This document shows, in pieces, positions 1-14,000 of a stretch of DNA of 64,000 bases. Source of the DNA: Raillietiella orientalis (taxonomy: Eukaryota). Location of the stretch: positions 1,364,001 through 1,428,000 of the forward strand of contig JAYWIR010000020.1 in assembly GCA_036172245.1 (NCBI GenBank), in the 5' to 3' direction. The position numbers and the translations under genes were made by a program. The notes under the pieces were generated by a model, which was not told the DNA's origin, searched no databases, and saw only the letters and a program-made list of their open reading frames with translations. The first letter of the stretch is position 1, and the number at the start of each line of letters is the position of its first letter.

Positions 1-238
1 CGGTTATCCTACAGTGATCCATGCCTCCTTGAGTACTTCCCGTCAAGGGAAACAGCTTGCGACAGAAATCACTTGCAAAAGGTTTTTTTTGTGTTTGTTT
101 CCGCTGACAATCGCAAGCTGAAGCTCTGTGCCATCAGCATAAGTCTCCTTTCGCCATTGCGGTTTTTATTAACCTCTCTTTCTCATTGGTATTAACATTA
201 TTCCATCTCCCTCGGCAGCCAAATATGAAATCTTATCG

Positions 239-720
239 GTGCTGCCAATTCGCAACATGAATGTTGCGTGCAATGTGTGCAATCCAAGCAGATGGTGCCG
301 TAAGCATCAAAAAGTGCTCTTGTTGGTACCAGGAATTGTGTTGCGTAAACATCAATTCCACAGGAAGACAATTACAGCTACACTCGAGTGCCCCCTTCCA
401 AGTGTTTCTTCGAGGACTTTTAAGCATCACAATTCGATCCATGCCCGAATAGCCCGTTTAGGTATGTCAAAAGTTTCTCTACCGTTTCGAAACTCAAATC
501 GCCTTCTGCATACGAAATGCTCCACAATCAACATTGGTTCTCGCAAGGGAATGATGCTTCTTCTATCACTCCTCTCCGGTCGGCAACACATACTACACTA
601 CCTTTTTTCGGATGATACCTTCATTCGGGTTACAGATGTTTTCTGCTTCCATCACGATCTTTTCGTTAACTGCCAAAAAATGCAAATGTACCGACAGATA
701 CATTTCCTCTGGAGTTTTTC
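239..720 (+). mobile_element. Possible decayed Helitron Rep N-terminal fragment
   Basis: NMNVACNVC...W, then LCCVN in a shifted frame, then PFRNSNRLLHTKCSTINIG and YRQIHF. This loosely follows the Helitron order M...C.HC...W / CC..G / HF..NIR.YN..F.F.S.G / FAQ.Y. Confidence 0.3.
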
Positions 721-3348
721 CACCGGGCCGAATTGCTTATTCGTAAGCTACAGCCAAGTCGCAACGCTGAAACCGTTTCCATCATGTGTTGGCCAAATCT
801 AGCTGAACGTACGCGTATACAACTATCAATTCAGCCTTCCCCTTGCAATGACATCTTCGAAGACGCGCACGAAGAAGAAATGGTAGAGAAGCAACTCCAA
901 ACATACACGAGTGAGGTACCCTGAAGGAAAATGGTATTTCAAGATCGCTACGAAAGCAACCTACGAATCGAACAAAGTCGATGGAAGTGTATAATAATAT
1001 AAATGAGAGTAATGCGTAAGCTTTTATTATATGTACAAATGAAACTTGTGGACAAGAAGGCGAATTCTTGAGATCCTGTTAACGTACTTGGCTTTAGGAA
1101 CGCTGCGCATATTGCCACTAAAACCAATCCACTGGCATCATACCTTTCCCATACCCACAGAAAGCTGCCAACGATCGTCTCATTTCATATATATCAAATA
1201 AAAACTGTTTTTCTTTGTTTTTAAAATGAAAACAATGTAATGAAAATTAGAACCGAATTAAATTAGACAAACACACCGATCTAAATAAGCTGAGCATTCG
1301 GCACCAATATGAAGAATTAACCAAATTGGGAAAAATACACTAACAGATTCAGGTCGGGTTAGAATTGCAAACATCTACAGACAGGAAAGAAAAAAAGTAA
1401 AAAAAAAAAAAAAACTATCGGAAGATTCAGAAAAACCTCATGATGAAATGAGGTGATGTGTGCTCATGAGATTCCAACTGTGAATCTTTCTTTGCTGTTG
1501 CACAGCAAATCCCTCAGTACAGAGAATTTAGAACTTTCGCCCTTTCATCACATTCACAAGCCATGCGGCTTAAGATTCCTTTTGTCAATTTCATCAGTGT
1601 CGGAACCTTAGCTATCCCATTCACTACGTCACTGATGATAACATTCATGCTACCATCTTTCTTTTCTGGAGAAAATATCGTCAAATGCCTCAAAAATATT
1701 ATTCAACACTTCACACTTGATAACTTCAGATACTTCGAAACGGAAACACTCGACCCATTTTTGCATCCTGGGCTCTTCACTTGAGAATATGAAACGACAA
1801 AACCAAATCCCTTCGAAAATGAAAGCACTAGTTCAAAAGCATTTTAAACGTAAGTACAGAATTCAATGTTCCTTGCCTTTTTTAAAGAAACTAAACCTAA
1901 GACAGAGTTAGTTTTATCTCCTGATTCATGCACAAACGCCATCCAGAAAGAAAATAGCCCTGTGATATTCTATGAAAATGGCACTCAACGTTCACTAGTT
2001 CTTTAACGCAATGAATGTATCAAGGCATCAGTGCTGGGAATAGAAGCTCAAACATGGAATTCAGATTCAAACCCTGGTATGTAATAAACAATCATTCAGA
2101 AAAAAACTTGCTTTCGTTTTTGCCTTTTGAGTTCTTTGCTGATTTCCCAATCTTTCAGAACCCTTTGGTAGTAACTAGGCTTTCAAGTTGGCTTTCACAC
2201 TGATATTCCCCCCAAAAATGAGGTCTCAGAGCTTCACAGATAGTCTAAGGCTTGATTAAGCGTTACAGAAGAGGAAATGCTGCTGACTGCTGACTTGTTG
2301 CTTCCTTCAAAAGTTTCTAACACTTAATTCTAGCATTCTTCCATCAACTTTTCGGCCATTTTCTTGCTGTAAAAGTCCGTCTTATTGGATTCCCATCGAG
2401 CCTGCTAATGGGGCAGACACTAGTCAACGTTCCTGAAATTCCATATAGGAAATCTCACTGAGCGAAGTGTTAAGCAAACAGTCAACTTAAAAAAAAAAAA
2501 AAAAAAATATTATAAATATCCCGCAGGCCTTGATTACCCATTCCTATGAATTACATTGATTCGATTTTCTTGGTCAACATCAAAGACATTGTATGTTAAT
2601 CCCTTCCTCCCCCGGGTCATGTCGTTCTATGCTGCTTTTCCGAAAATTTGGGATGCCGATACTTTCGGGGATAACCCAGCAGAAGATACGTATAAATGCA
2701 TGATCGAAAAACAGAACCATCGTCAGGAAAGAGAAATATGAAATCCTGATCAAATTCAAGAAGGTGCAACTCACCGTTGTGGATTCTTGTCCAATACACA
2801 CAAAAGAGCACATGCCAGCCACTAGGCACAATATTTCAAAATCCGTGCTGAAATCAGTTTCATGGTCCAAAACCGCCATACCACAAATAGATGAAAGCGC
2901 ATTGTAAGCCATGACGCACAGAAGGAAATGAATGCTGCTGTTGTTTTTCTTTTTCTTTTTTTTTCCCTTCTTCAGGAAGGTACTCGCACATTTTAAACTG
3001 ATCCGTCATGACTACCGCTAACTTTATTATTCTGCAAACACTAAAAACGCACGTCAGATACCGGCAAAACATGACCCTCAATACGACGATCAATTTAGAC
3101 AGAAAGCTCTGATCATTACGGCTGACCATCACGATGGTTCCTCGACCTTAGCAGCAACCTCAGTACAGTGGACGCCGCTATTCTGTCAACACCTGAACCT
3201 GCCCGACTGTAACAATGCGACATTGTACACAAGAGAAACGCAGCAAAGTTTCGTTCTTGTACAAAAGCTAAAAGCACCAATAATATGAATGGAGGAAGCA
3301 ACAGCGTCTCGGCCCCATTGTTGCTGCTCGCTCGCACTTGTTGCACAG

Positions 3349-6300
3349 GCAAACGAAATGCCACGCGAAAACGAGAAATTTCTCTTCGCCGACTTCCACT
3401 ACAAAACCACGACTGTGAGGAAATACCTAGCCACGTGGTATTATTTTATAGAGCTCCGAAAGCAAAGCCTGCAACGCATCTACGTGAAATTCGGCTCAGC
3501 AACGAGGAAGGCGTGGCTATGCCTTGTCTTGCACGAGTGGCACAGATGCATTTGTTTGAACACGGATGCTGTTTTACGCAAAAGGAGGCGTGCTGCGAGA
3601 ATCGAGTATTTGAGAAAAATCACAGATGAGGTACGAATTGTGTGTAAATACTAATGTGCAGCAAGACGAATTACAGCATCAATTAAAACACACAAGTCAC
3701 AAAAATACCTTTCTAAACACGAAAATGGCTCGAGATAAAAAAAACTGAAAACGATTAAGGATGTTGATGCTTGAAAAGCCATATGATTTATTAACGTTTT
3801 CAAGTTGAATCATTTTCAGTTTTGCGATACCATTCAATTGTCCACAGATGATCTGCAGGTAGAGCATGAAGTACTTGATGATGATGACTCTGTACCACTA
3901 TCACTGTCACTATCCAGATTATTTAAACGTTCATTTTTGTCACTCTTCTGCTGGTCATTTCGGAGCTGACTTATACAGAATCCAGAATGGGAACCGCGAT
4001 CCAAAACTGCTGACGTACTGCTAGACTCCTTCGATAATCCAACATTACTTTTCATGTTCCTTAAACTAGAAGATATTTCTGCATCTTTCGGATACAAAGA
4101 ATTGCATGCGTCAATGATATCTTGGAGTTTAAACTGATTAACGGGTATGCAAGATTCACCGTAGTTGTTCGAGGGATTAGATCGACTGCGGAAAGCGAAA
4201 GACGCATCGCAATGTAAATCTTTGTAAAGCACAGCTCTTTTGCCGCTGTTAAGATCAGAAAACAAAGACCTTTCAGCGCAAAAGTGTGAAATGTCATTCT
4301 GCATTTCATTAAGAGATGTCCAGGCAAAGTTTTCGTTTTGTAAAATTGACTGAGGTACTTCTTGTTCCTGAAGTGGATCTGGGGCTAACTTGTAATTAGT
4401 TCCAGATGAATAAGGAGCGGCTTCGATATTTAAAAAGCGCTTGCCATTAAGCATGACTTCCTTTTGGAAACAAACTGGTTGTTTATATTCGATGCTCTCA
4501 GGAAATGCAGTTGTATGATGAGGATTCCAGTCGCGAATGTTTGCTGGTTCTTTCTTTCCCATTGAGCATCTTGCTGAGGATTCCTTTGTATTTGGACTGT
4601 TGCGTTTTTCTTCGTTAAAGAATAGCAAAGGGGGATCTTCGTTTGTGATCTGAAGGCAAATGCTTTCTGAATCCTTGCAGTTCTTGTCCATTGTTCTGAT
4701 ACATATAAAGCTTCTGCTTCCATATAGGGATTTCTTATCGTTGTCTACCGGATTATAGTCAAAAGACTTGGAAAAAGTTGGCAACAAAATATTACACTGG
4801 CACTCGGCATCATGGAACTTCTTAACATATAAACAATCTCCCTCATCAAGAAGCTTGCAAGAACTAAAATCATGGGAAGACTTGCATACTTTGTGATGCC
4901 TTTCGCTTCTTTCTGAAACAAGACCATTGAGTTGTTTTTCACTGACACAGTCATAAACAATCACTAACGCAGACGTATAAAGGACTGAGTAGGGTCTTTT
5001 GTCTTGAAGGACCTCAGAAAGCAAATCTGAAAACAAACATACCTAAAAGCTTTGTGTGATTCACTGATTTGGAGCACTTGTTAGGTGTTTCTCGACAGTT
5101 TGCTTCAACATCCGGGATGAAATCAACCTTATTCGATTTGAAAATAGACAATACTTTTATAATACCGTATCTTTACATTTCTTTCGTGATGCCTTATACT
5201 GCTTGATTCGTTTGGGTTTTTTCTGCAAGTAGCAGAATCGCCACAAAACACAGGCTTGCCTATTGACTGATTCATCGAATTATCATCAACACACTTGTAA
5301 TGATGAAGCTTCCTCGAGTACTGCCTTTCAGATTTCAAGAGCAAGCACCCAATTTCCGGAGCCTACAATCTCGTAGAAGTAGTGCTAAGCAAATTCTTCC
5401 GTACCTTATTGAAAGGAAAGCTCAGTGGGGAATTTCTTTCCAACATATCCAACAGTCTGAAGCAATACTGGTTGCGTTTGCCTACCTCTTTAACAGTACG
5501 CCTTTTCAACGATTTGCAATACTTTTGCAGCTTCCGCAACCACGCTTCGCATAAGTAATGCTCGTCAAGGTTTGCTCGCTTCTTAATAGCACCTTTAATA
5601 CTTGATACCATGCATTCGAACTGTTTTTCCATATTAGCAAGTTCGTCTGAATTGTCAGCAGGCATTGTGCAAGAACTACAGAATACGAAAGATACACGTT
5701 TGGGCGAAGTGGCAAACTTTACGTTTTTACAGCCTGACTAGAAAAATTCGAAGGAACTTCCTTTTTTTTTCTTTTGCTTTGTTTCTAAGTGATTTTAGTA
5801 ACTAAGTAAACGGAAACAAAAATTTCCATAGGACGTATACGTGTGTACTTTACATGTACTAATCCTCATAATTCAGTTATCAAACTTAAATCCCATAATC
5901 AGCAAAATGATCTTGCCAAAAAAACAGTTGCTCATATGCTCATGAATGTTTTCTGTATAGGAAAAAAATCTGATTTCGGGAGATGGATTTTGCTCATGTC
6001 CTGAAAGCGCTCTAATACAGATTTTTACTTCTCTCAATATAAAGGAAAGATCTACGAAGAGACTAGTATGCCATTCTTGGAATACGTTCCTAAATAAAAA
6101 CAAAATATGGTCAAATCTGAAGTTCAACGATCCTGAAGGGTATTCAGTTTTAAATTAAAATTATTATACATTTTTAAAGAATATAAAGTTAAATTCCATC
6201 ACTACACTTCGGCTAATGATTACATCTGAAGAATAGGCAAATGGACGGGTCATCTGATTAAAAAGGTGATCAAAGCACATTTTCTTCACGTGGAACACTT

Positions 6301-8059
6301 GAGTCTTCGTGGATACACGAACCTAAACGTGAAATACCTGAAAGACTTGAAGTACAGTCACCTAAAGTCTGTCGACTTTTCCCATTCCAGAGCTGTAACC
6401 GTAAGTAAGGAAAGATAATAACTTAAGATGGCTCCCTATCAAGCAGGATGGAGTAATCTGGATGATTGCTGAAGGCATATCACATGTAACCACTTTAAAC
6501 TTATCGAACACTTCTATTGGAGATATAAGCTTAAGAGTCTTGGGTAAAATCTGTAACAATTTAGAAACCCTTTTCATCGGCAACTGTGCACACATTACTG
6601 ACATGGGCTTCAAGTATTTTGTTCAAGAACAAGGAAGAAAATGTGTACCATTGAGTTCTCTAGACATCAGTTCAAATCCACAGGTGTGCAAGTGTCCTTG
6701 TTAATAAACATCCGCTTGTTCCTTATGACAGTTAAGTACCTACGCCTTACAAAAACTGTCGGATGCATTTGTCAACATTCAGCAGCTGAACCTGAGCAAT
6801 TCAAATCTGAGGCTTGACCCTATCGTAAAATTACAATCTCTTCGACAGATATCAATTAAACAATCGAACGCGGAAATAACAGATTTTCGTGTGCTTTCTG
6901 GAATCAAAACCATCACACATCTGAATGTAGAAGGTTATCTGAATTATACAAAATAAATACCAAATGAATACTGCAATTTTCAAGGGAACAACCGATTGGA
7001 CGATACTACTTTCATTCAAATATCAAGCTCTTTGACGGACCTTCGTTACCTTAATTTGGCCTCATGCACTCAACTGAAAAGCAAAGCCATAACAAGCATC
7101 GCATCCTTGCATTTGTATTACTTAAATTTAAGTGGCTTAAAAAGCATAACTGATGAAGCAATCAGCTATCTCTGTAAAGGGCCTATCATTGATTCTTTAA
7201 GAGAATTACATCTATCATATTGTGAAAAACTGCAAAATGCATCTCTATTGTGCATTGCTTCCAAGTTAGGTTTCCGCAAACTTGTAACGAGTTCTATTAT
7301 TTTCATGTGCTCCGAATTTCAGTTTGGTGCGTCTAGTCTACCTCAACATCTGTGGATGCGTGTACCTTTCATCTCGAAATCTGGAAAAAATAGCTTCACT
7401 ACCTAAACTGACATCGTTGGATATCAGTTTCGCGAACTGCACCGACGACATTTTTTATGCACCTATGCATCGGCTTCATAAATTGATGGTCCGAGGAAAC
7501 ATATGGCTGAGCGACAAGTCCTTAATTATGCTTGCTGTGAAAACCCAACTGAATATACAATTTCTCGACCTATCGGAATGTACGGTAAAGAATGCTTACC
7601 AATTTTCAAAAGAAATCCCCAATGAATACATCAATGAAAGCATTTGAGAAAACGCATTTTTTTTTTTTTTTTTTTGTAGGGCATCACCGATCTGGGAATA
7701 ATGAAATTACTGGAACAGTGTCCTCTTTTAAATCACCTAAACCTAAACAACTGCAATATTACAGATGATACGTGTGCAGCCATCGTGAAATGTCCATACA
7801 TGCAACGGTTGGAAATACAAGGATGCGAAAATATTACGTAATACATAGATCTAATGAACAAATAATATTCGAACAAGAATAACGAAACCAGATGTACAGT
7901 AAAGCCAGAAAGTTCTTTTCCCATTTTTGTGTTGTGTTTAGAGAATTTTATAACGGTAACGTACCTGACCAAAATACTTTTGAACGTATTCTTAATGGTA
8001 CACCGAGCGTCTCAAAGTACAGAATCACACTTACCGAACCATCATCCCTCACGCACTGA
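3349..8059 (+). CDS. FBXL13: F-box/LRR-repeat protein 13-like (dynein regulatory complex subunit 6, DRC6); 5' end and last acceptor uncertain
   Basis: Phase-consistent exons: 3349-3630, 5961-6139, 6232-6400, 6447-6683, 6732-6933, 6985-7264, 7323-7584, 7680-7837, and ~7900-8059 (TGA). F-box GFCSCPESALIQIFTSLNIKE...LVCHSW...IWSNL resembles FBXL13 DISLLPERAILQIFFYL. LRRs DGVIWMIAEGISHVTTLNLSNTSI...CAHITDMGFKY and VEG|NNRLDD resemble FBXL13 DESMRHISEGCPGVLCLNLSNTTI and FEGNKRVTD. The 3349-3630 exon has the W-spaced helical pattern (YLATWYYF...VLHEWHR) of the FBXL13 N-terminus. Confidence 0.85.
3787..3792 (-). terminator. AATAAA polyadenylation signal of the nested DUF4485 gene
   Basis: TTTATT on the + strand, about 40 nt downstream of the minus-strand stop at 3834 and still inside the host intron. 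Confidence 0.6.
3834..5665 (-). CDS. DUF4485-domain protein (CEP112 N-terminal-like domain) with a long Ser/Cys-rich tail; nested in an FBXL13 intron
   Basis: Exon 1 (5665-5405) reads MPADNSDELANMEKQFECMV...CEAWLRKL...GKRNQYCFRLLDMLERNSPLSFPFNK. After a 42-nt intron (5404-5363) it continues APEIG, resembling CEP112 CALWIRKL...GRKNRNLYAKLLLHMLKRGALEGPFTHRPEPG. Likely further exons are 5362-5177, 5127-5043 and a terminal exon from ~4984 to the stop at 3834 (inside the 400-aa ORF). The middle junctions are tentative. Confidence 0.78.
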
Positions 8060-11000
8060 AAAGTTTTTTGAATATATTAGTAAGTAATCATCATGATCAC
8101 CTACTCATCATGATCACTTACTAATATCATCTGTTTCAGAAAGGCAGAGAAACTAGAACGCTCTTAAGCATTCAACATTGAATGATATCGAAAGAAAAGG
8201 TTCTGATTACTGAAGTAGCCACTTACACAGGCACCATTCGTACACGATGGCTACCAAGCTTTTGTGTGTACATTCGATAAGCCTCGAATTCCAGTTAACA
8301 AGCAGCTACGCGGAAAACATACTGAAAGAATGTACGGTCGTACTTTCAGGAATAAAAGGTCAAATTTCGAATCGGCATACACAGTCGACGAAAACAGAAA
8401 CTGTGTACGATTAAAGCTGAGAACAAAGTTAGACTGAGATCTTTGGGCTAAAAATCATTTGGTTTACTTTCTATGAAACCAATACTGAGTGCGTTCCTTT
8501 TCAGTCTCCCTGCTATCCTGACAATAATTAGGGAACTTCCGATGCTTAGGCATCTGCGTTTATCACAGAATGCTCAGATAAACTTTGGCACCATAATACC
8601 ATGGTTGAAGAGTGACTTGAAAATAGACTTCGATGAAGAAAAGGAGTGACGTCAGGAATGAACACTCCATCCCCCTTTCCCTCATTAGACGAAAAACAAG
8701 GAGCGACTGGATCGAAAAATCGGAAAATTGCGCGGCATTATGAAACACTTCGATAATGTAGAATTGCACATGCAAATGGAATCAAAATTTGCAAAATACA
8801 ATGTCTCATTATTATTACACCTGCAAAGCTCGAAAATTTTGATAATCATTTAAAAAGGCACTGCAAAGGGGTGTTGACATTTTTTTTTGCTGCTGCTGTT
8901 GATGATGGACAGCATTAGGGAAATTAACATTACTTGACCGGTGTTCACTCTGAAAGTTTAAAAATCAAAAAAAAAAAAAAAATTGCTGTTTCCTTGAAAA
9001 CCAGAAGCAGGCATTCTTGCTTAACTTTGCCAATTAAACTCTCGTATCTTTTCAACACGAAATTTGGAAAGTAATGATGCTATGAAATATAAACAAAAAA
9101 AAATTCCTGACTTGTTTCACATAATCTGTGTTTATATATTGTTTAGAAAATCATTTTGAAAATTGAAAAGTGTTTACCCAAACTTTGAAACATTTTACAC
9201 TTCAGAAAACTGGCTTGAAAATGTGAACCCCAGTTTAATCATTTTGTAATATTCCCTTATTTTCTCATGTATCACAAGACCTCATTAAAATAGATTCAGA
9301 TGTTTTACTTTTTTACTAACTCATTATGTATGAGCACGTTTTTATTTTCCATACACATCACACAAGGTCTCACAGTCTGAACATAAACACAACCCCATGC
9401 CAGAAATTCCTTGCAAAAATACAATAAGGGCAAACAGTTGCCTCAAAAGGAATATGGCTGATGCAATGAGACTACAGATGTAGAAATCAAAAAAATCCAA
9501 AATGAAAATACTGAATTTTTTATTGCTGCAAGTTCAGCATTGCACAGATTCCAATACAGAGTTCACACACCTCTGGTAAATGCTAACTTTTAAGTAACAC
9601 ATCATAATTTATTAACAGAGTCAATTTCGTCATTTATTACAAGGAATATATTCAAAAAATTCCAAAATGTCATATAAACATTTTTCTTCCATTCCATAAA
9701 TGTTTGGGAAAGCTTCACATGTGAAACTATCCTCTAAGAAACAAAAAGACCATCAAATCCAAGTTTGAGTTTTTGAGTGATCATTTATTGTTGTTGTCGA
9801 AGATATTCAACTTCATAAAAATTTGAATGGCACATTAATATGACACAAGTTTTAATCCGATTGTTTATCAACTGATTTGGAGAGCACAACCCAGATTGCT
9901 TGAGAAACACTTCTTGTTTCAAAACTAAGGCAAGGACCAAGTAGCACTCTGTTGGCAAAACAAAACACTACTACCATGGATATGTATTGTGGAAAACAAA
10001 AAGAATAGCATAGGAAATCAATAATAATAAAACAGATGGGCGAAGAAAAACACCAAACCTGATTTCAAAAAACCGACACAATAAAGAAGCACCATTCATA
10101 TACAACGCATAAAGAATATTCCAACAGAGTTCTTTAACTTCTGACATGAAACATAAACCGTAATGTCGGTAATTAACGGTAATGGATTCAGGCGTTTAAA
10201 TAGGATTCCTTAATTTAAGCCAATATGAAAATTGCCATTTCTCACCTATTGATGCACGCACGATTTTCACTTCTAACACACTTAATAACCAGTCACTGAC
10301 CAATATAGTTGGCAGTAATATCCATTATTTTAAATTGATCTTAATTTTAAGATTCGTTTTACAAACTTTATTTCAACAGCATCTCTTCCATGATTTCTTA
10401 GCTAAATCGATACGATGAGATACCGCTCAGTTTGATGATGTACTCTCTGCATCATTCTTGGAATTTTCCTGAGCATTCAAAAATCTTCACATCTGCTACC
10501 TGTTGCAGCGCTTACGACAAGAAACGAATTCTCATTCAAGTTCCAACTGATATTCGAAATTAAAGTGTCCCTTTATGAAAAGTAGGTTCGAATTCGCAGA
10601 ATACAGTTACACGCAATTTGCATTTGGAATAAGCGAAAGTGCTTCAACATGACCAAAAAAAAGACTGGTGTGTTTAAAACAAAAAGCCATCTTCAAAAAC
10701 AACTTACCTTCGAAAACTTCAAAGTATCCAACAGCCTCACGTGGTTCCGGAATGAATGCACTCATAAGAAAACATGGAAGCTTAGCATCTCAGAGGAATT
10801 GAGCTTTTCAATCTGTGGAGTAAATCGTGCTTTTCAATCTTCGGAGCAAACATCTAGCAATCGTGAATTCCCGTAGGACACTTTGAAAAAATAAAACTCT
10901 GTATGATTTCTTTGATGGATAATCTATCTTAACGCAACCACAATAAGGAGGCTCTTTTTTCCAAGGTAAGAACTTCTCAACTTTTGACCAGCCTAGCAAA

Positions 11001-14000
11001 ATTTACTGAATTTGTTCGTGATAAATCTGGTAGGCATAAAATCTCCACTTTCTCTGATCTTTCCTCGAAGTATAAGTGTTGCTCTGATTTGAAACTGCTC
11101 TCCTTGTAGGCATGCAGGGTAGCAGATTAAGTTGATTAATTTTAATTTTCTCCGGTAATCGATTAATCTGGACCGCGAATGAAGTTACTGTTACGTTAAA
11201 AAAAAGAAAAAAAAAACGCTCTAGATATTGGCACAAATTCTTTGCTTTCTGCAGATAAGGCCATGAACAACAAGTGAACAAAAAGGAAAGTTCCTTTTAG
11301 CTTGTTTCACTGAAGTGCTTGCAATCCTCAATGCTTCTAATGTGAATCCATTGCCAGTACTAGTGCCTTTGTTGACTTGAACATAGTAATGACCATTTCT
11401 ATGTTCGAAGTGATCATTACTATGTTCTGCTCCTCAATAAACTCTACTTAAATTTCCTACAAAATATGCGGTCTACAAAATGCATTGCACGCCTTACGTA
11501 TCATGATAAGGAATGGAGATTCCGTGCTTGATTCCTGGTGAGCATAATTACCTATCTCTGTAATCAGTCAATTAATCCCACGTAGCCAATATCGCGTATT
11601 TCGTTAGCTCATACCATATCTTGGGTTTCTTCATGAGCAGGTAGTAAATTTCCAATTTTTGTCTACTTTTCTGATGATGCATCAAAATTATGCACACTAA
11701 GAAATTATTTGATTAATATTAATAGATATTAATTAATATTAATAGAACTCATGTTTCGCCACGTTCTCCTGTGTTTTAAATCAAACTTTTATTCACCATT
11801 ATTACACTGTTTAATTTTCTTTGAAATACAAGATTTTGTTTCTTAAGAATCATGACTAATGAAATCTTGTATGCCTATATATCCTTGTGTGCTTTTGGAT
11901 CTAATGTTACTAATTGCATTACCTGAAATGTGTGTAAATATAATTCGCACTTTTGTCACTTAAAACAGGGAAGTAGGCTTTTGTATCTTAATTCATATGG
12001 TAATATCTCAAGTAATGCAAAGAATGAAGAAAAGTATGTAATGCAAAGTAAAAGAAAACAGAATGGGTGCTCATTCTACAGTTGTCTTACAGGACTCTAC
12101 GCATTCTTGATCGAATGCTGTTGTTTTCCAAAGAGATGCTAAGATCATTCTGTTTTCAATCATGACTTCCAGGAAGCTGACTTAGCATGGGTGTGTAATT
12201 GCAAAAGGAGACATTCCATGAGCCCTGTAAGATATTCCTTCTAGTTCCAAGCTGCCTGAAGAGCTGTCGAAACGCATGTATGTTGCGAAAGAAGTGAGAA
12301 CAGGAATTCCTTATACTGATTTCACCCCCCACTACCCATGAAAGTTCCGGATGCTGGATCGATTTCGGATTCAGCCGCAGCATTCCAAAGGCTGGAAAAC
12401 TGAACTCCAAAATGAGTTTTCTTCAAACGTGGCTACAAAAGATGGTATAATAGCTTCTGAAAGTTCACTTTCTTTGGTTGAGGAAGCGTTTAAGTATTAT
12501 GAGAAAAGGGAGTGTTCTACCAGAAAACACCTGTGATTCTATTATAATTCTTTTCCTTCATGGCTTGGACATTTTTTTCAAACGCCCCGACCTGACAGAA
12601 ATGTTTTCTAGTTCACGGCAAAATAATTACGAGTTAAATGGAAGAGATGTTTAAGCCACACGTGCTCTGATTTTGCTTAATGAAGTGTTATCTAATAAAA
12701 ACTTTTATACCTCACTTATCAGATATCTCTACTGCATCCACGGTTATGCGCTATAAAATAAGTGAGGAACATTTTTCACATATGTACCTATGCAGAATGT
12801 AACGGATTGCTAAGTATATTAGGAAGTGTAATTTTAGCTATCAGTTCGATAGTCATGCGAAAAGTCATTAATGCATTTCTATTTTAGCAAGCAAGGAACT
12901 TTACTGGAAGCAGTATAATTGGATTTTGAATTCACTTCTTGAATGTGCTAACATATGATGCTTTATTATTAAATAATAAAACCGATCAAATTAAATTTTC
13001 ATATCGGGTATTGTGATTATGATTACAGAAGTATGAATGGGAAATATTGAATTTCTCTTCATAGATGCTGTGTATTTCTGCATACTATTACGTAATTTAC
13101 TAAGGTGATCCTTATGAAATACAACCAGCAACACAACCACTTCCACTTTCTACGTATTTCCATAGAAACTCGTTAAAAACTACCATTTCCAAGTTGATGT
13201 ATAGCTAGCTTGAATTTCGTTAAGAAAGATATTTCCTATGCATCTGCTGTTGTACGGAAGCTCGCTCGACCCAGGTACAGCAACGAGCTGGTACTACGGG
13301 TCGATTGATTCTGCGCAACACGATCTTATTTGGATTATTAATAGTAGTCGTTTCCTGGCACCATTGCCAATTACCATCACCATACTTTGAATTGCGGCCC
13401 TCGAGGGACGTACATCGGCCAATTTATTTCCTTGTAAGTTCGAAACACACACATCCAGTTTCCAATAGGTATCTGTTCCTGCGAGACCGTGAGGATTTCC
13501 GTACTCGTCGTTTTCAGTGAGATAAGCTAGCTTCCTAACTGCTTTCTACAAGTGATTCTATAAAAGAGTTCTGGTGCTAATCATGTGAAAATCCTAACCT
13601 ACAATGTCCAAATGATGCACAAAAATTTCAGAATGTTTCCATGAATTTCTTTCTAGAGACTTTTTCCCAAATGCCTCAAACAAATTCAGATCATTCATAT
13701 AGGGGGGAGATAGCTTATGTTTCCGAATTTGAGGTTTGCCCACTACTTTTGACAGGTGGTTTAGCCGATCCCTGTCGTACTTTCTACTCGTTTCTGTTTC
13801 CCCTTTGCAGTGGAATACCCAAGATTAGTGTAAATATTACACACATTTTACAAATATTGATGCACACACACAGAAAAAAACAATCATTCCCAGATTAAAT
13901 ACGAACTGCATGCATTGCTTTGTAGATAATTGCGCCACAACACAGTCAAGACGGTGAAAACAATTCATCTTAAAAGCTTAACCAGATAATAACAGCATGA

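Noticed and set aside
5027..5042. Apparent 16-nt intron GTATGTTTGTTTTCAG in the DUF4485 gene
   Set aside because: The same donor can use in-phase acceptors at 5003 or 4985 (40- or 58-nt introns), which fits the ~40-nt minimum seen elsewhere in the window.
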